This document shows, one piece after another, positions 57,201 to 61,238 of a stretch of DNA of 64,000 bases (within the stretch, counting starts at the first letter, position 1; the number at the start of each line of letters is the position of its first letter). Both the position numbers and the translations under genes were made by a program. The DNA comes from Phoronis australis (Eukaryota; Animalia; Phoronida): contig NMRA01000278.1 in the NCBI GenBank assembly GCA_002633005.1, positions 412,283-476,282 of the forward strand, read 5' to 3'. Under the pieces are notes generated by a model. The model was not told the origin of the DNA. It did no database searches and saw only the letters and a list, made by a program, of their open reading frames with translations.

Positions 57201-60200
57201 GATCACAAGAGTTGACCATATGACTCACCTGTTCAACTTCAATCGACTGCTTGACCAGCGTGTGTCTGACCATCTTGAATGGTTCACCATGAGACAGCTG
57301 ATTGGTCAAATGGAGATGAGTGTGCGACATTGTGTATAAAGTGGGGAAAGCTGAAAACAGATGCAATAGTTTGCTGATTGGTCAAATGGAGATGAGTGTG
57401 CGACATCCTGTATAAAGTGGAGAAACCTGAAAAGCGTCGAGACAATGGAATCGAGATATCACATCAACCAAGTAATTTACTGTGAAAAATCTTCAAAATG
57501 TGCTGATAATTGTTTAAAGGTGACCCACTTTTGCATAAGGTATAGAGAACACTCTGAGACTTCACCTTGCATATTTGAATCAAAACAAATTTGGTCAGGT
57601 TATTGTGATACAGTTTAAAAATAAACCACACCATTTGGTCAGGTTATAGTGATACAGTTTATAAATAGACAACTCCATCTGGTATGGTTATAGTGCTACA
57701 GTTTATAAATTAGACAATTCCATTTGGTAAGGCTATAGTGATACTGTTTATAAATAGACAACTCCATCTGGTATGGTTATAGTGATACAGTTTATAAGTA
57801 GACCACTCCACTTAGTCAGGTTATATTGATACTGTTTATGAATAGACCACTCCATTCGATTAAGTTTACCAAAAACAAATGGTCATAAGAGTCAATCAGT
57901 GGCAGATTGCTATAAAGTTCAAAATCATATTCTACTTGAAGAACGTTATACATATTTTCACCATCTTTTCAGAGCCCTAAAAAACAGTGAGTGTGGTCTG
58001 ATACACTGTCATTCCATCAGACGTGCGCAAACCACTCAGCAAGGCCCATTAAATTTTACAATTTGTAGATGATTTACTGAGTGCACTGACATGCCCATTA
58101 GGTTACTCATAGTTTTTTAAGTGTACCACAGCAAAGTGCTTCTAAGACAGGTAAAACACCACATGCTACTAAATAACCTTGTTACATGATGTAAGATTTT
58201 GGCAAACTTCGGAACAACGTATCTTGGAAAAGGCCGATCAGATTCACGTGAAACCTTCAAACACTATGCTTCACTCACTGTTCTCAGAAACAAGTCAGGA
58301 ATTGTTTTTAAAATGTTCCGTTTTTGTATAAGGGGTTAGCAAACAATAGGACTTAAATGATTTTCATGAAAAAAATCACTTGGCATAAAACAACAATGAA
58401 ATGATAATTAAAAAAAACTTAAACAGTGTTTTGGAGATTTCATCTTGAACATTTTTATCATGAGAAGAAATCTGATCATGTTGTTTTGCTGTGAATGTAC
58501 TTTTTTGTTCTTGCTAAGTTTTCCTAAAAAGCAAGGTTATGTGACCTCATTAGTGGCAGGTTGGTATAAAGTAAGACATCAAATTCTAATAAATATCTAC
58601 TTTCAGAAAATATATACTTTTGCTACGTAAAGTTTGGCTGAATGTACAGATAAGGTCCTGTATAACATTAAAACAGCAAGCATACATTTATACATAACAT
58701 TCATCTCACCTCCACTACGCTCCTCCGGAATCTTTGCCAGTCCCTCATACTCTGTGTTATGCTGGTAGACCTCAGCTTCAGAGATTCTGTTCTGAAGAAT
58801 GATCTTGTCCACTGACTCCACTCTGTGAATGGTTCCCTCATGGCTAATGTGGACTGTCTACATTTCGGCAAAAAGAAATTCATACTATTGATCAATAACA
58901 GAGAAAATATTAAAATGGCGAGTATTAACAGGGACGAAACTGTGAAACTATGAGTTTTCAAATTGAGGGTGCCATGCAGAAACACATGAAGCTACAGTAA
59001 GTAAACAGGGTTTCTCTCAAAAAAATCAAATAAGATCAATTGTCTGCATAAAACTGGTGTCCATGTTTTCTTCACTGAGATTAAGAGAATACAGGGCTTC
59101 AGAAGACCTTACAGTTTGTTACCATGGCCAACAAGATGAGTTGATATAATGTACGTGTACGCTTCAAGCACTTAAATAGACTGTCAGGCCCCCAACTGGC
59201 CCCAAGCCCTGAAAACAATGGTAAGTGACATATCAAAAGTTGTAAACTTTAACAAAAGGCCAGTTCACAGGATATTGAAATTGCCTTAGAGCATTTGTGC
59301 CATTTTATTGGGTTTTTTGCTCATCCCATCTCACTGGGGTAGTCAGTTACAGTAAATCATTCAAGTGCACGACCCATTTAAAGGTCATTACAAATATCCC
59401 TTCACCCCACCCTCCTCCTTACAGTTTCAAATACAGACAAAAGCCATTTTAAAGATCAGATAACAACCTATCTATTGTGAAACATTCTCACGACCTGTTG
59501 ATAGAGCTCACAAGTCATATACCAAATATGCATCCAAGTTATCTCCCTTCGGCAACAAAACAGAAACAGTATTGTTTTTGGGTAACACTTCTCAAATTTC
59601 TTCCAAGAAAACAATTCAAACATAAGTTTTAATGGGGAAATCAGTTTCAGTAGTCAAACAGATAAAAAATCGCCAGTTACATTGCAGGATACTTTAGTTT
59701 ATTTCAGCCAGATAAATCATTGCTGATGCGGGATTGCTCAGCTCCACACAAAAGAAGGTAGATCAGTCTTACCGATATCGAAGGATTCTGTGTACAAATC
59801 TATTGATGAAGTACACATGATCCCCATAGTATGGGTCAAGAAATTTCTAATCGAAGCAATTTAGCTTGGCCTGCCTAATTATACAATTAATTTAGATTCA
59901 TTAAATACCAGTCTGAAGCCCTACAAGGTGATGGTCCAGCTCAGACATCAAGCAAATGCCCTCAGACACCGAGCAAATGCCCTCAGACACCGAGCAAATG
60001 CCCTCAGACACCGAGCAAATGCCCTCAGACACCGAGCAAATGCCTAACCAAGCAATTCATTCTAANTATCTCTACCCCTCCTCGGACACTTTCCCCCTTC
60101 CCCCAACTCACATGGTACTAAGCTTCAAGTAATTTACGGTCACAGATGACTGCTGACAGCCAGCTTAATTCCAAATTTACCTTGTCATGATCTTTAACGA

Positions 60201-60327
60201 CATTTGTGTCATTCTTGTGGGATCGTCGTACTCTGGTTCCTTCCCTAGTCTGGTGCACTTCATATTCAAATTCACCGTTACCACCATGGTCCACTTCACG
60301 TTTTTTGAACTTGCTGCTACCGCTTGG
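136..60327 (-). CDS. Giant multi-exon (>=61 exons), probably secreted/extracellular protein: LLT/vitellogenin-N-like + helical + M23/LECT2-like + PAN + multiple FN3-like repeats; incomplete at both ends
   Basis: Chain of GC-richer open segments bounded by AG and GT (one GC) with compatible phases; recurring DxTPP, W..F.D.ESGI..Y and Y...V.A.N.AGL motifs; about 11.9 kb summed exon length. Confidence 0.9.
785..1215 (-). CDS. Exon E60 (VRPPSTAHP...PFYDFESHI...CQGCYSQCDFNCNASC...ATFFQ)
   Basis: acaag| ... CAG|gtgagt; phase 1->0; Cys cluster. Confidence 0.85.
1694..1909 (-). CDS. Exon E59 (YQHGRRNKVWYAKLWAR...ESVTVT)
   Basis: aatag| ... G|gtttgt; phase 1->1. Confidence 0.8.
2315..2525 (-). CDS. 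Exon E58, Thr/Ser-rich mucin-like linker (PCSVNCTTESVTTTNST...GFGLTFF)
   Basis: ctgtag| ... G|gtaaat; phase 0->1. Confidence 0.8.
3130..3344 (-). CDS. Exon E57 (MYGEALPIIEGKYAITVRIAGG...PTLPPE)
   Basis: ttccag| ... GAG|gtacat; phase 1->0. Confidence 0.8.
4112..4316 (-). CDS. Exon E56 (LSCPDTRKLNISSW...MFMKCS)
   Basis: ttccag| ... G|gtgagt; phase 0->1. Confidence 0.8.
5023..5129 (-). CDS. Exon E55 (IGRVVDGKNWYKDATYTSLVNELAVTLAIANYQQQ)
   Basis: tcacag| ... CAG|gtatgt; phase 1->0; completes the DxxPP..G.V.DG motif. Confidence 0.85.
5600..6847 (-). CDS. Exon E54, large 1248-nt exon with about 3-4 FN3-like repeats (VIIQNFTS...FLDDIPP)
   Basis: ctacag| ... G|gtaaat; inside the 431-aa ORF; W..F.D, DSESGI..F and YY..VKAINEA motifs. 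Confidence 0.92.
7331..7567 (-). CDS. Exon E53 (TSVRASVRAVNVAGL...WSIHRAD)
   Basis: tcacag| ... G|gtgagt; phase 1->1. Confidence 0.85.
7755..8394. repeat. 46-bp minisatellite, about 14 copies
   Basis: Unit tctaataaagacaagtacaggatatttgtacagcattttagataag at 7755, 7801, ... Confidence 0.97.
8710..8816 (-). CDS. Exon E52 (YEIALGNAESSTHFVPFKSVGLVTSYTIRGLSLTA)
   Basis: tttcag| ... G|gtatgt; phase 2->1. Confidence 0.85.
9689..9819 (-). CDS. Exon E51 (VKIVTPSKFP...VTVQWEPFTDNTPLD)
   Basis: ttttag| ... AG|gtaagg; phase 0->2; not in the ORF track. Confidence 0.85.
9941..10112. repeat. 29-bp minisatellite, about 6 copies
   Basis: Unit ttatgactgagt(a/g)ctaacttaatatctct. Confidence 0.95.
10228..10448 (-). 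CDS. Exon E50 (MAIAIGSSHNTSDILDW...YSVTLHVRNRVG...TPTANQ)
   Basis: cccag| ... CAG|gtatca; phase 1->0. Confidence 0.85.
10667..10757. repeat. 29-bp tandem repeat, about 3 copies
   Basis: Unit cagtctattctacactctgctaagtggaa. Confidence 0.85.
11089..11275 (-). CDS. Exon E49 (VFGEVTSQD...VTVDVTPP...SDNESSLT)
   Basis: gacag| ... T|gtgagt; phase 0->1. Confidence 0.85.
12737..12864 (-). CDS. Exon E48 (IGNVTMKYRVGGLPGSGDLKDW...LSQGDT)
   Basis: ttgcag| ... ACA|gtatgt; phase 1->0; not in the ORF track. Confidence 0.85.
13256..13466 (-). CDS. Exon E47 (VFVTVRAITG...RLDSTPP...WNSTDY)
   Basis: atcag| ... G|gtaggt; phase 0->1. Confidence 0.9.
14205..14332 (-). CDS. Exon E46 (YDWALGDIAGGSNIQPF...HIQISK)
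   Basis: ctacag| ... AAG|gtaata; phase 1->0; not in the ORF track; upstream phase mismatch implies missing exon(s) at the gap. Confidence 0.8.
14311..17371. repeat. 43-bp satellite, about 71 copies, organised as a 172-bp (4-mer) higher-order repeat; unit contains the E46 splice acceptor
   Basis: Unit tcacctagagcccagtcataacctgtagataacaacaacatga; four variants cycle in fixed order; ends at N 17372. Confidence 0.97.
17373..17630. repeat. 65-bp tandem repeat, about 4 copies visible (truncated by the gap)
   Basis: Units start 17373, 17438, 17503, 17568; junction forms the palindrome acttgtga-c-tcacaagt. Confidence 0.95.
17657..17890 (-). CDS. Exon E45 (VHVGLEEEEEE...WRGYDHESGIAKYMVAIG...NLALQ)
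   Basis: catag| ... CAG|gtattg; phase 0->0. Confidence 0.9.
18507..18698 (-). CDS. Exon E44 (KFPLSGSDEVES...YFFTVTAVNNARL...IIDTSPPTMFK)
   Basis: tttcag| ... AAG|gtaagc; phase 0->0. Confidence 0.9.
19078..19393. repeat. 54-bp minisatellite, about 6 copies
   Basis: Unit cacat(a/ag)t(t)aacaagtctgtacacccacccacaccatggaatgtcatgcatattg; 18-aa periodicity in overlapping ORFs. Confidence 0.95.
19736..19970. repeat. ~60-bp degenerate tandem repeat, 4 copies, spanning the E43 donor
   Basis: ctcacctgtgtg..g..tccattgtactgttgataga recurs near 19742, 19801, 19864 and 19923. Confidence 0.9.
19928..20042 (-). CDS. Exon E43 (YQKDDSSFHVSWEYNDPESNLAEY...GATTQ)
   Basis: ttttag| ... CAG|gtgaga; phase 2->0. 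Confidence 0.9.
21106..21376 (-). CDS. Exon E42 (FSDPESNVTKY...IIDLTPPNL...NPGS)
   Basis: cttcag| ... GG|gtacgt; phase 1->2. Confidence 0.9.
21605..21715 (-). CDS. Exon E41 (LIDLTPPVQGTVTDG...MADWD)
   Basis: ttctag| ... G|gtaagt; phase 1->1. Confidence 0.9.
22616..22809 (-). CDS. Exon E40 (YYVRMGSTVGGKD...YYTMVTASNRG...SSNG)
   Basis: tgcag| ... G|gtaagt; phase 2->1. Confidence 0.9.
23261..23438 (-). CDS. Exon E39 (ELFVAGHGDTPLLVDKSPPIAGDVLDG...FYDPHSGIS)
   Basis: cttag| ... AG|gtgaga; phase 1->2. Confidence 0.9.
23744..23920 (-). CDS. Exon E38 (LNLVEFGLGRSKYDVKLRPY...WIRLQILNN)
   Basis: actag| ... G|gtaaag; phase 1->1. Confidence 0.85.
24117..24285 (-). CDS. Exon E37 (GLNNVIFGGSLVTTVCHSYPLIIDVTPP...SDTLS)
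   Basis: tccag| ... G|gtaaca; phase 0->1. Confidence 0.9.
24889..25091 (-). CDS. Exon E36 (NWDEFVDKDSGMYAYTW...GRYYFTVQ), FN3-like
   Basis: cttag| ... CAG|gtaact; phase 1->0. Confidence 0.9.
25681..25936 (-). CDS. Exon E35 (SIINPGPGRCTIIDFTPPDP...QRCHEVTDQPNHRYIVDG...TSYAN)
   Basis: ttgtag| ... G|gtagaa; phase 0->1; DFTPP motif; not in the ORF track. Confidence 0.85.
26491..26634 (-). CDS. Exon E34 (VDLKQSAGWSYYERLNLG...VDITNWLGYT)
   Basis: actag| ... ACT|gtaagt; phase 0->0; not in the ORF track. Confidence 0.85.
27819..28019 (-). CDS. Exon E33, PAN/apple-like domain (SPAACGGKCLSYGRKCISMEYNVVTKACLLH)
   Basis: ctcag| ... GGG|gtgagt; C-x3-C-x6-C-x-S-x-x-Y-x6-C-x-L pattern typical of PAN. 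Confidence 0.85.
28314..28461 (-). CDS. Exon E32 (GSVTAFEDSPLNTDQLFHGLG...TLNTLE); alternative in-phase acceptor at 28479
   Basis: caacag| ... GAG|gtaaaa; phase 2->0. Confidence 0.8.
28420..29186. other. 383-bp direct duplication flanking N 28803 (probable contig/haplotype overlap artefact)
   Basis: 28420-28802 matches 28804-29186 with a few substitutions; breakpoint exactly at the N. Confidence 0.85.
29835..30037 (-). CDS. Exon E31 (DWTEMGTP...LFFTVRAVNEQG...SANPKVV), FN3-like
   Basis: tgcag| ... CA|gtaagc; phase 0->2. Confidence 0.85.
30745..30873 (-). CDS. Exon E30 (VAQIPDLDTTDTQFELSVYSEDDNSELKVHYAVGDSEGSNNII)
   Basis: cgtag| ... ATT|gtgagt; phase 0->0; not in the ORF track. Confidence 0.85.
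31559..31793 (-). CDS. Exon E29 (GGMDLVLTPLRLELLAY...EDDSPPRF...GQPCQ)
   Basis: ttccag| ... CAG|gtactc; phase 2->0. Confidence 0.85.
32148..32376 (-). CDS. Exon E28 (FGAGGTVGAFMGVKLC...QQFPLDL), beta-strand rich
   Basis: ttttcag| ... AG|gtaaga; phase 1->2. Confidence 0.85.
33556..33721 (-). CDS. Exon E27 (MNMVEYLVTAVFG...FMAGPLPLKV)
   Basis: ttttcag| ... G|gtacgt; phase 0->1. Confidence 0.85.
34071..34216 (-). CDS. Exon E26 (DEVDNALNARGMQALP...RDAISEN)
   Basis: tttcag| ... AAT|gtaagt; phase 1->0. Confidence 0.8.
34770..34991 (-). CDS. Exon E25 (KIKEIDVDVSTTMQ...LKCSINN)
   Basis: tttcag| ... G|gtaggc; phase 1->1. Confidence 0.75.
35655..35718 (-). mobile_element. tRNA-derived SINE-like head (degenerate); body probably extends leftwards
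   Basis: Minus strand ggaggcagtgtgacctagtg...ggttgtgggtttgagtc; shares ggttgtgggtttgagtc with the 42.7-kb element. Confidence 0.45.
35811..36026 (-). CDS. Exon E24 (CPHFLGGIMTGYNVYCEPHFDCMGLTC...MTFA), Cys-rich
   Basis: ttttag| ... G|gtcggt; phase 1->1. Confidence 0.8.
36891..37022 (-). CDS. Exon E23 (KFPVTNPVTWSPSSINRKL...FQAIYG)
   Basis: tgtag| ... A|gtaagt; phase 1->1. Confidence 0.8.
37902..38047 (-). CDS. Exon E22 (TSKIWKIAERFDVGHYTLRFVVDLF...VQACA)
   Basis: ttttag| ... G|gtgagt; phase 2->1. Confidence 0.8.
38646..38771 (-). CDS. Exon E21 (YRAPEPPYRPADVDMRAQRPLSEQLKGVIDFVSDVKALLQG)
   Basis: tccag| ... GA|gtaagt; phase 2->2. Confidence 0.8.
39249..39379 (-). CDS. Exon E20 (ECNDRIVTHLLK...GEFSN)
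   Basis: ttcag| ... AG|gtgaaa; phase 0->2. Confidence 0.8.
40024..40255 (-). CDS. Exon E19 (NVTTTGKPLKAGDGIGRMG...WIDPTKY...PRWVQ)
   Basis: aatag| ... CAG|gtaaaa; phase 2->0. Confidence 0.85.
40785..40912 (-). CDS. Exon E18 (VVAPVTGTYIYEKLPRERIRIEP...YNVKRST)
   Basis: ttgtag| ... AG|gtaatc; phase 0->2; not in the ORF track. Confidence 0.85.
42004..42170. repeat. 56-bp perfect tandem repeat, 3 copies, spanning the E17 donor
   Basis: Units at 42004, 42060, 42116. Confidence 0.95.
42147..42333 (-). CDS. Exon E17 (ANKALEIFEALFGPKFHKSFPKTRR...LLASPHQK), start of M23/LECT2-like domain
   Basis: ttttag| ... AAG|gtgatg; phase 2->0. Confidence 0.85.
42660..42738 (-). mobile_element. tRNA-derived SINE-like head (degenerate)
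   Basis: Minus strand gctcagtggctaaagcgtct...ggtttgagtcccggc: Pol III box A- and box B-like motifs at tRNA spacing. Confidence 0.5.
43043..43150. repeat. 16-bp AT-rich tandem repeat, about 6 copies
   Basis: Unit atattacaatgatata. Confidence 0.9.
43536..43693 (-). CDS. Exon E16 (GQQQKEVGLKFISAVLNLLEPF...IDTIKT)
   Basis: ttttcag| ... TA|gtaagt; phase 0->2. Confidence 0.85.
44572..44754. repeat. 20-bp minisatellite, about 9 copies
   Basis: Unit cagctgaacacggcagtagt. Confidence 0.95.
46022..46250 (-). CDS. Exon E15 copy B (same peptide; probably allelic duplicate from assembly)
   Basis: tacag| ... ATG|gtgagt; lies in a ~1.12-kb block duplicated across the N at 46870. Confidence 0.5.
47146..47374 (-). 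CDS. Exon E15 copy A (AAMAMFMLMGAKKRIEINMP...GLKKM)
   Basis: tgcag| ... ATG|gtaagt; phase 2->0. Confidence 0.8.
48146..48270. repeat. ~21-bp degenerate repeat, about 6 copies, last copy overlapping the E14 donor
   Basis: agcagaatgcaca(c/t)accgt(a/g) units. Confidence 0.8.
48267..48409 (-). CDS. Exon E14 (AMLDSVQVTIPYAI...MQAFI)
   Basis: gcag| ... CG|gtatgt; phase 0->2. Confidence 0.85.
48815..49006 (-). CDS. Exon E13 (GIFKAFVQTIIDLPKNIV...IENFIT), amphipathic helices
   Basis: acag| ... ACG|gtaatt; phase 0->0. Confidence 0.85.
49266..49403 (-). CDS. Exon E12 (EFGINSMQDLVNIFDTL...NGGIE)
   Basis: tttcag| ... GAG|gtgtgt; phase 0->0. Confidence 0.8.
50182..50327 (-). CDS. Exon E11 (PLEGMFMIDIYDTAYAEANVG...NLNMAK)
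   Basis: tttcag| ... AAG|gtaaat; phase 1->0. Confidence 0.85.
50974..51155 (-). CDS. Exon E10 (RNSSLVIPSNKHKRSVQEF...GASFGVILRNKMFLDL)
   Basis: tgtag| ... A|gtgagt; phase 2->1; not in the ORF track. Confidence 0.8.
52349..52479 (-). CDS. Exon E9 (AAEVLITLCFHDENEVVRQ...RDIIY), GC donor
   Basis: atag| ... AG|gcaagt; phase 0->2 matches E10. Confidence 0.75.
52756..52952 (-). CDS. Exon E8 (RTKRSADD...MLHALGNAAH...RRAAMSAMKFYPHDE), LLT-like alpha-helical domain
   Basis: ttttcag| ... GAG|gtaata; phase 1->0; L.ALGN.. and R.AA..AL-type motifs. Confidence 0.85.
53281..53439 (-). CDS. Exon E7 (IDIVLPNRTNETETLRRACLTLGGMASSL...LEHHN)
   Basis: atag| ... G|gtatgc; phase 1->1; alternative in-phase acceptor 6 nt downstream. 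Confidence 0.8.
53410..53600. repeat. 47-bp tandem repeat, 4 copies, spanning the E7 acceptor
   Basis: Unit tggttctgttcggtagtactatgtctatacctatatagaaaacacaa at 53410, 53457, 53504, ~53554. Confidence 0.93.
53705..55212. mobile_element. Intronic TIR DNA transposon remnant (Tc1/mariner-pogo-like ends, inferred) carrying a HIRAN-like ORF
   Basis: Imperfect inverted termini gtattcgccgaaataaccgc (53706) / gcggttattagggcgaatat (to 55212); subterminal taagcgccc-like motifs at both ends. Confidence 0.65.
53834..54090 (-). pseudogene. HIRAN-like domain ORF fragment inside the TIR element
   Basis: NPVDKYAASVLKGQTIVGHIPRKINKTF..FL..GG resembles the HIRAN N..D..A..V.......G..P motif; no clean ATG start. 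Confidence 0.6.
55460..55514 (-). CDS. Exon E6 (VAVKAVEDLCFGKKFENH)
   Basis: ctag| ... G|gtaaga; phase 0->1 bridges E5 and E7. Confidence 0.75.
55781..56070 (-). CDS. Exon E5 (NTNRTECMRRLRVTLKAL...LEHPIE), helical LLT-like
   Basis: ccag| ... GAG|gtaatg; phase 1->0. Confidence 0.85.
56626..56713 (-). CDS. Exon E4 (PQALVISDIETAMSDIETEMNCSRVTPVK)
   Basis: tacag| ... A|gtaggt; phase 0->1. Confidence 0.75.
57229..57350 (-). CDS. Exon E3 (FPTLYTMSHTHLHL...SIEVEQ)
   Basis: ttttcag| ... CAG|gtgagt; phase 1->0. Confidence 0.8.
57590..57860. repeat. ~44-bp degenerate minisatellite, about 6 copies
   Basis: catttggtcaggttatagtgatacagtttataaatagacaactc-like units. Confidence 0.8.
58710..58857 (-). CDS. 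Exon E2 (TVHISHEGTIHRVESVDKIILQ...EERSG)
   Basis: tag|ACA ... G|gtgaga; phase 0->1. Confidence 0.8.
59940..60044. repeat. 21-bp minisatellite, about 5 copies
   Basis: Unit ctcagacaccgagcaaatgcc. Confidence 0.9.
60181..60327 (-). CDS. Exon E1 (PSGSSKFKKREVDH...VVKDHDK), beta-rich N-terminal LLT-like region; acceptor position uncertain
   Basis: Donor AAG|gtaaat phase 0 matches E2; in ORF 60118..60378. Confidence 0.7.
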
Positions 60328-60958
60328 CTTCAAGATAAGAAACAATATAACATTATAATGTCGTGGAGGATCATCCATAGTTGGCAGACGGCCAACTATG
60401 GAAAGTCAGGAAACTACAAGTCCTTCTGCTCGATAACTCTTTATTGCATATTAATCTGACCGCGGTGAGATAAAAGCTGCCTGAAGAATTATGACCTTTA
60501 ATTTCATTTCTCACCCTTCTTGTGGGCAGGAATGGAGCTGACATTTAAATTCTCATAAACATTTTGTAAAGAGCTTTCTATTACAAAATTTGGCCAAGTT
60601 TTGTGGGAAATAGCTGTCATTTAGATGAGTTTGATTTGATTGTCTATCCAGCAGTCCTACGTATTCAGAACAGTGATAAAAGTGTGTCTATAGTATACTT
60701 CCTGAAACTCCTAAGTTCACTTCACAATCAAAATGGCATTTTGTAAACGTTTCATCTAAACTTATTCTACCAGTTAGTCATGGAAGCTGAATCTTCCTGT
60801 CTGTCTCAGGAAGGCTTTCAGGCACTAGCTGGATGAGACAGCACCTCAGTTATTTGAGAGCAAGTTACTTTCACTGAATACAATGCAAACGTAACTGAAT
60901 TAGCTGAAACATAAACTTATAGCCCATCATCTATGGTGCAAGCCATTCACAAACAAAT

Positions 60959-61238
60959 AGAGGTGCACCAGGGGCCCCCTACTCCATGATACAGATGAAG
61001 AGAGGTGCACCAGGGGCCCCCTACACCATGAGACAGATGAAGAGAGGTGCACCAGGGGCCCCCTACTCCATGACACAGATGAAGAGAGGTGCTCCAGGGG
61101 CCCCCTACACCATGACACAGATGAAGAGAGGTGCACCAGGGCCCCCTACTCCATGACACAGATGAAGAGAGGTGCACCAGGGCCCCCCTACTCCATGACA
61201 CAGATGAAGAGAGGTGCACCAGGGCCACCCTACTCCAT
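60959..61238. repeat. 42-bp minisatellite, about 6.5 copies
   Basis: Unit agaggtgcaccaggggccccctactccatgacacagatgaag. Confidence 0.95.
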
